Virus record (IMG/VR): IMGVR_UViG_3300020714_000006 | Strand: one strand, 5' to 3' | DNA length: 64,000 nt | From: a virus | Taxonomy: Duplodnaviria; Heunggongvirae; Uroviricota; Caudoviricetes | Shown here: positions 7,187 to 14,501 of the stretch, in pieces | Layout of the letters: each line of letters starts with the position of its first letter | Position numbering within the stretch: the stretch's first letter is position 1 | Notes under the pieces: generated by a model | Database searches by the model: none | What the model was told of the DNA's origin: nothing | The model's input: the letters and a program-made list of their open reading frames with translations, nothing else | Translations under genes and position numbers: made by a program

Positions 7187-7636
7187 ATGCTTAGAATATA
7201 CAATGATTCAACAGATACAACAGTTTCAGATTTTAAAGACATAACTTGTAAATTAGACGAAATTGGAGTTTTATATAAAAATACCTTTTCAACTTCAACA
7301 ACATTGGATACAATTGATTATATAAAATATGAATATTCTGTCCCATACTATGATGTAGTATTTTTAAATAATAAAACTATAAATTATAACAAAATTAGAA
7401 AAGAATTTATTCGAGAACATACTCATACTGATTTTGAAATGAGATTTATAACTCATGGTACTGCTACATTTTATATTAAAGATAGCAGTACCATTTATGA
7501 AATAACTGTAAACACTGGTGATCTAATAAGTATACCAGCTAATATGAAACATTGGTTTGATGCTGGTGAAACTCCAGATCTTTCAGCAATACGGTTTTTT
7601 ACAGATACAAATGGTTGGATTGCAAATTATACTTGA
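7187..7636 (+). CDS. mtnD: acireductone dioxygenase (cupin)
   Basis: EHTHTDFEMRF, GDLISIPANMKHWFD, AIRFF....GW; start corrected past tRNA-Trp. Confidence 0.8.
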   Translation: MLRIYNDSTDTTVSDFKDITCKLDEIGVLYKNTFSTSTTLDTIDYIKYEYSVPYYDVVFLNNKTINYNKIRKEFIREHTHTDFEMRFITHGTATFYIKDSSTIYEITVNTGDLISIPANMKHWFDAGETPDLSAIRFFTDTNGWIANYT

Positions 7637-7835
7637 CAGCCATTGAAAAACGATATATAATATACACTTACTCACAACTTATCTAGGATACAAAATGAAA
7701 AAAAGTTTTACTTATAACGGCATTATTTGCTTCTAATGTTCATGCTTCTGAGTTAGAATCTAAAATAAGGGTGATTGACCAATTTGTAAAAAAATTCAAT
7801 TACGCAGTTGAAACTAAAGACTATGCTGATGCATG

Positions 7836-8135
7836 TCAATTTTCACGAATACTTGAACGTGATTTTAAAGATTTTGCTACTTTTTCTTTTTGAATATCTG
7901 ATACTATACGTTTTTTATTATTATGTGAAGCAGCACAAGAATGATTACAAAATTTAGGTTGTTTACCTAATAATTCTTTATTACAATGTAAACAATATTT
8001 TATATTTTTTGGTTTTAATCTTCGATTGATGAATGTTAAGCACCCATTAGATGGACCATGCATTCTTTTATGACCAGATAATGATTGTATAGATGGAAAA
8101 GTCTTGTGACACATGTCACAAGTATAAATATTCAT
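7836..8135 (-). CDS. C2H2 zinc-finger protein, probably a truncated homing endonuclease
   Basis: CDMC...HKRMH, CLHC...KFCNHSC; preceded by the shared endonuclease leader; no nuclease domain. Confidence 0.55.
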   Translation of the reverse strand: MNIYTCDMCHKTFPSIQSLSGHKRMHGPSNGCLTFINRRLKPKNIKYCLHCNKELLGKQPKFCNHSCAASHNNKKRIVSDIQKEKVAKSLKSRSSIREN

Positions 8136-8265
8136 GTTGATACTCCTTGATAGTATTAAAGTAGTTGGGAACTCCAATTCCGCGAACTACCCCTTTATTT
8201 ATCAAAAAATAAATATTGACAAAACATTTTAATATGTTATAATATACAAAAATAAGAGGAAAAAC

Positions 8266-8445
8266 ATGGCTGGTAAAGGCAGTAGACAAAGACCTACAGA
8301 TATGAAAAAATATGCTGATAATTGGGATGCAATCTTTGGTAAAAAAGAAAAGGTTGACACAGAAGTATTAGATGTGTATAATGAAGAAAGATTAGTTTCT
8401 AAATTTGATAAAGAAAGTAATAAACCACTTGACAACAACAACTAA
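8266..8445 (+). CDS. small phage protein (MAGKGSRQRP...WDAIF)
   Basis: GAGGA RBS and sigma70 promoter; 59 aa, below the ORF-track cutoff. Confidence 0.55.
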   Translation: MAGKGSRQRPTDMKKYADNWDAIFGKKEKVDTEVLDVYNEERLVSKFDKESNKPLDNNN

Positions 8446-8457
8446 ATAGGATATAAT

Positions 8458-8640
8458 ATGTCTATACAAAGTAAATCTAGTAGACCTAGAAAAGCACCTA
8501 ATTTAACTCGTAATGGTAAAATTAGATTTCTTGGATTTTCATTAGCTAAATTACAAGAATTGGTTGAAAAATCAAGTAGACCTAAAGATAAAAGTAAATA
8601 TAACAATCGTATTAAAATTTTAACTAAAAGAGGCTTATAA
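8458..8640 (+). CDS. small basic hypothetical protein
   Basis: ORF track; coupled to next ORF. Confidence 0.5.
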   Translation: MSIQSKSSRPRKAPNLTRNGKIRFLGFSLAKLQELVEKSSRPKDKSKYNNRIKILTKRGL

Positions 8641-8792
8641 TGGCAACAACAGCAGAAGTTAAACGATGTGGATGTACTGGTACACCGGCAGCTAAGTTTC
8701 AAGATGAAACATATGGTAAAGGTATGCGAGTATGTAATGAAGATCAGAAAAAAGGTTATACCTGCACTGTTTGTGGTGCAAAAGTAAAGTAA
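8640..8792 (+). CDS. small Cys-rich (Zn-ribbon-like) protein
   Basis: MATTAEVKRCGC...FQDETYGKGMRVCN...CTVCG; GAGG RBS. Confidence 0.55.
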   Translation: MATTAEVKRCGCTGTPAAKFQDETYGKGMRVCNEDQKKGYTCTVCGAKVK

Positions 8793-8799
8793 GAATAAT

Positions 8800-8879
8800 G
8801 CTAGGTTCGCATAGTGGCAATTGCAACGGTTTTGTAAGCCGTCGGGAAACCTACATCGGTTCGAGTCCGATACCTAGCT
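8800..8879 (+). tRNA. tRNA-Thr(TGT) with long variable arm
   Basis: GCTAGGT/ACCTAGC, ACGGT-TTTGTAA-GCCGT, GGTTCGAGTCC; CCA not directly encoded. Confidence 0.8.
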
Positions 8880-8986
8880 AACCATCTCTAGTATAAATAT
8901 GTATTATGGGACAGCCTAGATCCTCTAGAACTGGGTTTTGAATTATTCGAAGTAATTCAATTACCATAATTATTTATCAAAAACAC

Positions 8987-9015
8987 TTGACAAATAAATA
9001 AAAATACTGTATAAT
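8987..9015 (+). promoter_or_regulatory. sigma70 promoter upstream of CAGCAA RNA copy 2
   Basis: TTGACA-17 nt-TATAAT. Confidence 0.75.
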
Positions 9016-9033
9016 ACACAGAATAAATAATTT

Positions 9034-9087
9034 TAGGATGTTTTCAGCAATTAAAACAATTTCATTGGCGAAAATAAACACATCCTG
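9034..9087 (+). ncRNA. CAGCAA-stem small RNA copy 2
   Basis: TAGGATGT-ttt-CAGCAA...ACATCCTG; inner TTTC-ATTGGC-GAAA hairpin. Confidence 0.7.
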
Positions 9088-9110
9088 TTATAAACAACAA
9101 TGAGAACCAC

Positions 9111-9296
9111 ATGCAAATTTATATTCCAAAAGACAAACAAAAACTTACATTTATGGGTGAACTAATTGACAGGTATAGTAATTTACATAAACAGTATAAA
9201 ATAGAACAAAATGAAGTTACCAGAACGATAATATCAGCCGAAATTATACACATTTCCAATCAAATTGCATCTGGTATGTATGATGAAACAGAATAG
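9111..9296 (+). CDS. hypothetical protein between two identical RNA repeats
   Basis: ORF track. Confidence 0.45.
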   Translation: MQIYIPKDKQKLTFMGELIDRYSNLHKQYKIEQNEVTRTIISAEIIHISNQIASGMYDETE

Positions 9297-9321
9297 ATAA
9301 TATATCTGGTATAATTAGTTT

Positions 9322-9375
9322 TAGGATGTTTTCAGCAATTAAAACAATTTCATTGGCGAAAATAAACACATCCTG
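9322..9375 (+). ncRNA. CAGCAA-stem small RNA copy 3 (identical to copy 2)
   Basis: exact direct repeat of 9034-9087. Confidence 0.7.
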
Positions 9376-9384
9376 TTAAATATT

Positions 9385-9458
9385 GCGGTCTTGGTATATT
9401 GCTCGTGCCATGCCTTTCCACGGCATAGAAAGGGGTTGGATTCCCCTAGACCGCTCCA
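9385..9458 (+). tRNA. tRNA-Gly(TCC)
   Basis: GCGGTCT/AGACCGC, ATGCC-TTTCCAC-GGCAT, TCCA; deviant D and T loops. Confidence 0.8.
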
Positions 9459-9473
9459 ATTTATAAAGGCTAT

Positions 9474-10040
9474 ATGACATTACAAGAAATGTTAAACAAA
9501 ACTTATGTACGTCAGCGATCATTTGAAATAATGATTGAACACTTGGATACAATTAACAATCCATTAATTGTTGAAACTGGATGTGCTAGACAAGAAGATA
9601 ACTTTGCTGGTGATGGAATGAGTACCTTGATATTTGATAGATATATTAACGATAAAGGTGGAGAATTCCATTCAGTTGATATAAATCCTTCTAATATCAA
9701 ATTTGCTAAAAGCAAAGTTAGTAATAAAAGCAATTTACATGTAAGTGATAGTGTATCTTGGTTATGGGAATTTAACAAAACTGGTAAACAAATAGATCTA
9801 TTATATTTAGACAGTTTTGATTTTGATAGAAATAACCCTTATCCAAGTTGTATACACCATTTAAAAGAATTAACTGCTATTATAGGTAGTTTAGGTGAAA
9901 CCACAGTAATTGCGGTAGATGATAACTTTGGGCAAGGTGCTTCTCGCATTGGTAAAGGCCAATTAGTTGAAGAATTTATGAAATCAACAGGTAGAAATCT
10001 TCTTTTATATGAAGGATACCAATTACTGTGGAAATGGTAA
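9474..10040 (+). CDS. class I SAM-dependent methyltransferase-like protein
   Basis: IVETG, SVDIN, IDLLYLDS, IAVDD motifs. Confidence 0.65.
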   Translation: MTLQEMLNKTYVRQRSFEIMIEHLDTINNPLIVETGCARQEDNFAGDGMSTLIFDRYINDKGGEFHSVDINPSNIKFAKSKVSNKSNLHVSDSVSWLWEFNKTGKQIDLLYLDSFDFDRNNPYPSCIHHLKELTAIIGSLGETTVIAVDDNFGQGASRIGKGQLVEEFMKSTGRNLLLYEGYQLLWKW

Positions 10041-10050
10041 TATAAACAAT

Positions 10051-10124
10051 CGCAGGTTATTTTAATGGTAGAATTCTGGGCTCATAACCCAGAGATGATA
10101 GTTCGACTCTATCACCTGCTTCCA
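10051..10124 (+). tRNA. initiator tRNA-fMet(CAT)
   Basis: C1 unpaired, three G-C pairs in CTGGG-CTCATAA-CCCAG, CCA. Confidence 0.85.
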
Positions 10125-10128
10125 ATTT

Positions 10129-10244
10129 TAGGATACATTCAGCAATACAACTTTGACAAGCAGATGGTCATTGGTTCAAATCCAATATGTTAGTAATAAC
10201 ATTAGCTCAGCTGGTAGAGCATCCGCCATAAAAAACGTATCCTG
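10129..10244 (+). ncRNA. CAGCAA-stem small RNA copy 4 with a circularly permuted tRNA-like domain (YrlA/Y RNA-like)
   Basis: TAGGATAC..CAGCAA...GTATCCTG enclosing T-arm, loop-closed acceptor stem, then D-arm. Confidence 0.75.
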
Positions 10245-10265
10245 TTAAAATTAAAAGAGGTAATA

Positions 10266-10538
10266 ATGACACAAGTAACAGCAAGACATATTTTAGTTCA
10301 ATCTCTTTCAGAAGCAGAAATCTTACATAAACAACTTATTGAAGGTTCAGATTTTGGAATGTTGGCTAGAACACATAGTAAATGTCCAAGTGGACAAAAT
10401 GGTGGTAATTTAGGTACATTTGGTCGTGGTCAAATGGTACCACCATTTGAAAATGCAACATTTGATTTAGATGTTGGCGGGTTAAGTGAACCAGTCCAAA
10501 CATCATTTGGATATCACATTATCAATAGAACAGCATAG
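10266..10538 (+). CDS. ppiC: parvulin-type peptidyl-prolyl isomerase
   Basis: ARHILV, SKCPSG..GG.LG.F..GQMVPPFE, FGYHII. Confidence 0.92.
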   Translation: MTQVTARHILVQSLSEAEILHKQLIEGSDFGMLARTHSKCPSGQNGGNLGTFGRGQMVPPFENATFDLDVGGLSEPVQTSFGYHIINRTA

Positions 10539-10546
10539 GAATAATA

Positions 10547-10834
10547 ATGAATTTTCAAGTATTATATGATCGTGTAGTAGTAAAGAAAACAGTAGATACT
10601 AAAGTTAGTGCATCTGGAATTATTATTGCTGCTGATTCAAAAGAAAGAACAATTACTAGCGAAGTTGTTGCAGTTGGTGATGGAAAACAGTATGAAAATG
10701 GTAATGTTATACCAACTACTGTTAAAGTAGGTGAACGAGTAATGTATTTAAAAGATACTGGCATTGATATTAAAATTGATGGCGTTGACTATCTTATATT
10801 GCATGAAAGTGAAATTCTTGGTATCATAGAATAA
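10547..10834 (+). CDS. groES: co-chaperonin GroES
   Basis: LYDRVVV, SGIII, VVAVGDG, ESEILGI. Confidence 0.9.
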   Translation: MNFQVLYDRVVVKKTVDTKVSASGIIIAADSKERTITSEVVAVGDGKQYENGNVIPTTVKVGERVMYLKDTGIDIKIDGVDYLILHESEILGIIE

Positions 10835-10841
10835 ATTATAC

Positions 10842-10916
10842 GCTGAAGTGACAGAACGGCTATGTAGCGGTCCGCAAAACCGTTTAATGTGGGTTCGAAT
10901 CCCATCTTTAGCTCCA
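10842..10916 (+). tRNA. tRNA-Cys(GCA)
   Basis: GCTGAAG/CTTTAGC, GCGGT-CCGCAAA-ACCGT (C33), TCCA. Confidence 0.85.
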
Positions 10917-10937
10917 TTTTTAATAGTTAAATTTAAA

Positions 10938-11028
10938 TGAATAGTTTCAGCAAACAATATTGCGACTAATAATCGCTCCAGAGATACTTCATTGCTGTTA
11001 GAAGTAAAATGACGGCAACAGCTATTCA
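10938..11028 (+). ncRNA. CAGCAA-stem small RNA copy 5
   Basis: TGAATAG-ttt-CAGCAA...CTATTCA; GCGA-CTAATAA-TCGC hairpin; potential pseudoknot. Confidence 0.65.
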
Positions 11029-11033
11029 GTTTT

Positions 11034-11082
11034 TAGGTTCCATTCAGCATATACTTTCACTGCAAATGAAAAACGGAACCTG
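11034..11082 (+). ncRNA. CAGCA-stem small RNA copy 6 (Cys GCA anticodon-loop cargo)
   Basis: TAGGTTCC-att-CAGCAT...GGAACCTG; TTTCA-CTGCAAA-TGAAA. Confidence 0.7.
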
Positions 11083-11092
11083 TTATTACATT

Positions 11093-11194
11093 TAGGCTAG
11101 ATACAGCAACCCATACAACTTATAATGTTAGACTGGTATATCCGGTCACACTGGAAGGAAGAACCAGTATAAAAACTCAACAAACACTAGCCTG
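11093..11194 (+). ncRNA. CAGCAA-stem small RNA copy 7
   Basis: TAGGCTAG-ata-CAGCAA...CTAGCCTG; inner hairpins GACTGG/CCGGTC and ACTGG/CCAGT. Confidence 0.7.
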
Positions 11195-11216
11195 TTTCCC
11201 CATCCACCTTACATTA

Positions 11217-11441
11217 ATGGACCTTATAATGTCTTTAGAATTGATTGACCAACTTGTAAAAGAAACTGTTGACGTCGCAAATTATCTAGATTACGCAGTT
11301 GATATCGATGAAGAACTGATGTTACTTGCAATTAAGAATAATCAAGAACTTATCGATGAATTAAATAACCTACCACATCGTGAATATAAAGAAATTGTTG
11401 AAATTGTTTTAGATAAAGCATATGACAATTTTTATGCATAA
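11217..11441 (+). CDS. acidic hypothetical protein
   Basis: ORF track. Confidence 0.45.
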   Translation: MDLIMSLELIDQLVKETVDVANYLDYAVDIDEELMLLAIKNNQELIDELNNLPHREYKEIVEIVLDKAYDNFYA

Positions 11442-11482
11442 TATAAGTTGACAAAAAAATTAAATCTGTTATAATACATCTA

Positions 11483-11518
11483 TAGTTTAGAAACAGCAAA
11501 CAATAACACACTAACCTG
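11483..11518 (+). promoter_or_regulatory. CAGCAA-stem copy 8 forming the 5' UTR of the TROVE/DUF2828 gene
   Basis: TAGTTTAG-aaa-CAGCAA...CTAACCTG just after promoter TTGACA(11448)/TATAAT(11470) and abutting the GAGAG RBS. Confidence 0.6.
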
Positions 11519-11530
11519 AGAGATAATAAA

Positions 11531-11998
11531 ATGACTACAAAATTAAATACAAACAAAACAGTCACTAGTAATGGCATGAAATGTAATAATGATACAGGTG
11601 ATGCAGTTGTTTCATTATTCTTTAAAATAGGTGCAAGTCGTGGTAAAGATATAATTCCAGCATTTACTGATGCATATTACCAAAATAAAGAACTAGCGTT
11701 ACGAGTTGCATTATGGTCACGTGATGTGCGTGGTGGTTCTGGCGAACGAAAATTGTTCAGAGATATTCTAACACATTTAGAAACTATTGATATTGATGCT
11801 GCTAAAGCTTTAATTGATAAAACAGTTGAGATAGGAAGATGGGATGACCTATTGGTGTTCAAAAAACCAGAACTACAACAAGTGGCTTTCTCTAAAATAA
11901 AAAGCACACTTGAGGCAGGATTGAACGCTAAAAGTTTATTAAAAAAAATCGATTCTCTTACGGAAGAAGAATGTCAAAAAATCATTGACAAGTTTTAA
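11531..11998 (+). CDS. TROVE/DUF2828 (Ro60-related) protein, N-terminal fragment
   Basis: T.NG, LFFKIGASRG, RDVRGGSGER, GRWDDLL motifs. Confidence 0.8.
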   Translation: MTTKLNTNKTVTSNGMKCNNDTGDAVVSLFFKIGASRGKDIIPAFTDAYYQNKELALRVALWSRDVRGGSGERKLFRDILTHLETIDIDAAKALIDKTVEIGRWDDLLVFKKPELQQVAFSKIKSTLEAGLNAKSLLKKIDSLTEEECQKIIDKF

Positions 11999-12695
11999 TA
12001 TGTTTAGAAAAATTCCCAGGATCAAATTGGCGTTTGCAATATATACAACACCTATATGATATATCTACGGGAATTTTTCTCTTTTTACCTAGTAATTTGT
12101 TTTTTTCTCTAGTAATACGTCGTTTTTCCTCTATTATTTGGTTTTCAATATCAGATCTATTTTTTGCAATATTACGAACTGAATTAGATATTTTTTGTAT
12201 AATTTCTTTAGAACGATTTTTATTTGCATCTGAAATTTTTTTAGATCTTATTTTTTTAGTTTCTTCGGTCATATTTGCATGACCACATTTAGCACCAATT
12301 GAAATGTTTAATATAACCTGTTGATGCTCAATCAATGACCGATTGTTTTTTCTATCTATACATTTTTGGATAGATTCTTTAGTTGGGATAAATTTGGTAG
12401 CAGAGAATCTTTTATTTAACCAAAAATCTCTGAACTTCCATAATCTAGAAAGTATTTTACCTTCCCAGATAATTGCATCTTGTTTAGATTTAAACGTTTT
12501 TCTAATCAATATTATATCTGGTTCTCCATGATTTTTTCTAAAATCTTTCACTATTGTTGAACTTGTAAAATAAGAATTCCACAAGTCTGCTGGTTGACAA
12601 TTATTTGCATATCGAACACCATAATACCATTTATTATGGGTAGTCCAACCAATTAAATAAGTAAACGGGATTGTTTTTGATTGATAAATAGACAT
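11982..12695 (-). CDS. putative homing endonuclease (GIY-YIG-related, YYGVR type)
   Basis: PFTYLIGW...WYYGVRYA...YFTSS; basic repeats; C-terminal CxxC. Confidence 0.7.
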   Translation of the reverse strand: MSIYQSKTIPFTYLIGWTTHNKWYYGVRYANNCQPADLWNSYFTSSTIVKDFRKNHGEPDIILIRKTFKSKQDAIIWEGKILSRLWKFRDFWLNKRFSATKFIPTKESIQKCIDRKNNRSLIEHQQVILNISIGAKCGHANMTEETKKIRSKKISDANKNRSKEIIQKISNSVRNIAKNRSDIENQIIEEKRRITREKNKLLGKKRKIPVDISYRCCIYCKRQFDPGNFSKHIKTCQ

Positions 12696-12837
12696 GTTGA
12701 TACTCCTTCATAGTATTAAAGTAGATGGGAACGGCTAATTCCGCGATCTACACTTATTTATCTTTTTTGCTTGACATTTCTTCTCACCTATTGTATAATA
12801 CAATTTTATATTAACAAATAACCTGACAGGTACAATC

Positions 12838-13911
12838 ATGACAGCAAAAGAAGAATTAAAACAAAAATTACAATCACAGCTATTTGATGCAAACACAGCT
12901 GCAAAATGGATGCCTAGAGAAAAATCATCGAAGCGAAATATCGCCAGAGACTTAATTAAATTCTTTGGATGGTCTCCAAAATTTTATCGTAAAACTTTAG
13001 TTTCATTAACTTCAGTCGTTGAAACACAAATGTGTGCAAATGATTGGGATAATATTAACTTTAGTCATGTACCATCATTGGCTAGTTCACGATACAAAAA
13101 AGCATTTAATAGACATACTACTAAATTTGCTGACTATGTTGAATCTTTAATTAAAGGTGATACATCAGTTAAGGTAAATGCCGGTGCAGTATTTCCATAT
13201 GATGTTTTAAAAGGTATCGGTGGATACGGATTTAAAGCAGAAACGGACCATATCATTGCACAATGGAATGCATTACCAAATTTTGTCGGCGATGCTAATA
13301 TTTTACCATTAGTTGATGTTAGCGGATCTATGAGTTGCCCAGCAGGTGGATATAACTCTAAAAGTTCAGTTACTTGTATGGACGTTGCGGTATCATTGGG
13401 ATTATACTTAGCAGACAAAAATGCTGGTAAATTTAAAGATACATTTATCACATTTAGTGAAAAACCAGAGTTATTAACACTTCAAGGCAATATTGTTAAT
13501 AAAGCTTCACAAATGATAGGATCACACTGGGGTATGAGCACTGATTTACATGCTGCATTTGATTTAATATTGAAAATGGCAGTTAAATTAAATATACCAC
13601 AAGCAGAAATGCCAGAAATGTTATTGATAATGTCAGACATGCAATTTAACTGTTGCAGAAACTATGATGATAGTGCAATTCAAATGATAGAACGAAAATA
13701 TTCTACTGCTGGATATGTTGTACCAAAGGTTGTATTTTGGAATATCAATGCATCAGATAATGTTCCAGTAACTGCTGATAAATCAGGTGCTGCATTGGTA
13801 TCTGGATTTAGTCCAGCTATTGTAAAAGCATTATTAGCTGCTGATATGAGTGATTTCACACCATATGGCATTATGATGTCAACGATAACTAACCCAAGAT
13901 ATGACGTATGA
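12838..13911 (+). CDS. TROVE/DUF2828 protein, C-terminal fragment with vWA domain
   Basis: AAKWMPRE, VVETQMC, DVSGSM MIDAS, SDMQF, VFWN, VSGFS; own promoter at 12771-12800. Confidence 0.85.
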   Translation: MTAKEELKQKLQSQLFDANTAAKWMPREKSSKRNIARDLIKFFGWSPKFYRKTLVSLTSVVETQMCANDWDNINFSHVPSLASSRYKKAFNRHTTKFADYVESLIKGDTSVKVNAGAVFPYDVLKGIGGYGFKAETDHIIAQWNALPNFVGDANILPLVDVSGSMSCPAGGYNSKSSVTCMDVAVSLGLYLADKNAGKFKDTFITFSEKPELLTLQGNIVNKASQMIGSHWGMSTDLHAAFDLILKMAVKLNIPQAEMPEMLLIMSDMQFNCCRNYDDSAIQMIERKYSTAGYVVPKVVFWNINASDNVPVTADKSGAALVSGFSPAIVKALLAADMSDFTPYGIMMSTITNPRYDV

Positions 13912-14096
13912 ACTATATTGACAAAACCATAGGTAGAATTAATGGTGTTTTGTTGGAACAAGGGTATGGATTATCCCAATCAGAATTAAAAGACATTGGC
14001 TACATTGTAGCCAATGCAATAATGTCTGGTATAATTGATACTTCTATTATTGAAGATACTGAACAATGGTTGACTAACAATCAGGATACAAAATGA
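13908..14096 (+). CDS. hypothetical protein
   Basis: ATGA overlap with upstream gene. Confidence 0.5.
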   Translation: MNYIDKTIGRINGVLLEQGYGLSQSELKDIGYIVANAIMSGIIDTSIIEDTEQWLTNNQDTK

Positions 14097-14386
14097 CACA
14101 TAATATTAAGAAAATATGGTATTTTATTATATGGCTTATCGCTGATATTCGTAAAAATATAAGTTTTTGGCCAGTATATCTAACACTTGTTGGTATATCT
14201 ATTCCTTCAATGATGATGACTGATAAAGAAACTAGTAAACTCATAGCAGGTTGTATACTTCTGTCAATACTATTAATATCATTTTTATATATGATTTTGT
14301 GGTGTATAATAAACCCAATAAAATACAAATACGAACAATATAAGCAAGAACAGCGCGATTTATTAAAAACTATCAAAGGTGATTAG
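14093..14386 (+). CDS. hypothetical membrane protein
   Basis: two hydrophobic segments. Confidence 0.55.
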   Translation: MTHNIKKIWYFIIWLIADIRKNISFWPVYLTLVGISIPSMMMTDKETSKLIAGCILLSILLISFLYMILWCIINPIKYKYEQYKQEQRDLLKTIKGD

Positions 14387-14501
14387 CCAAAATACTTATT
14401 TGTGCATTTTTCAAAATGCCATCGTTGCATATTTAATCTATTAGAACTGGAAGCACTACAAAATGGACAATAAATTATTGGTTTTGGTAGTGTGACCGGT
14501 T

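Noticed and set aside
8800-8879. tRNA-Tyr(GTA) reading suggested by the long variable arm
   Set aside because: Only the TGT register gives a 5-bp stem with a 7-nt loop; G1-C72/C2-G71 fit Thr
9060-9073. Anticodon mimic in CAGCAA copies 2 and 3
   Set aside because: The TTTC/GAAA stem closes a 6-nt loop (ATTGGC) without canonical anticodon-loop geometry, so it is not counted
9031-11518. CRISPR array interpretation of the CAGCAA repeats
   Set aside because: Units are self-complementary, variable in length and irregularly spaced; no constant repeat-spacer period and no cas genes
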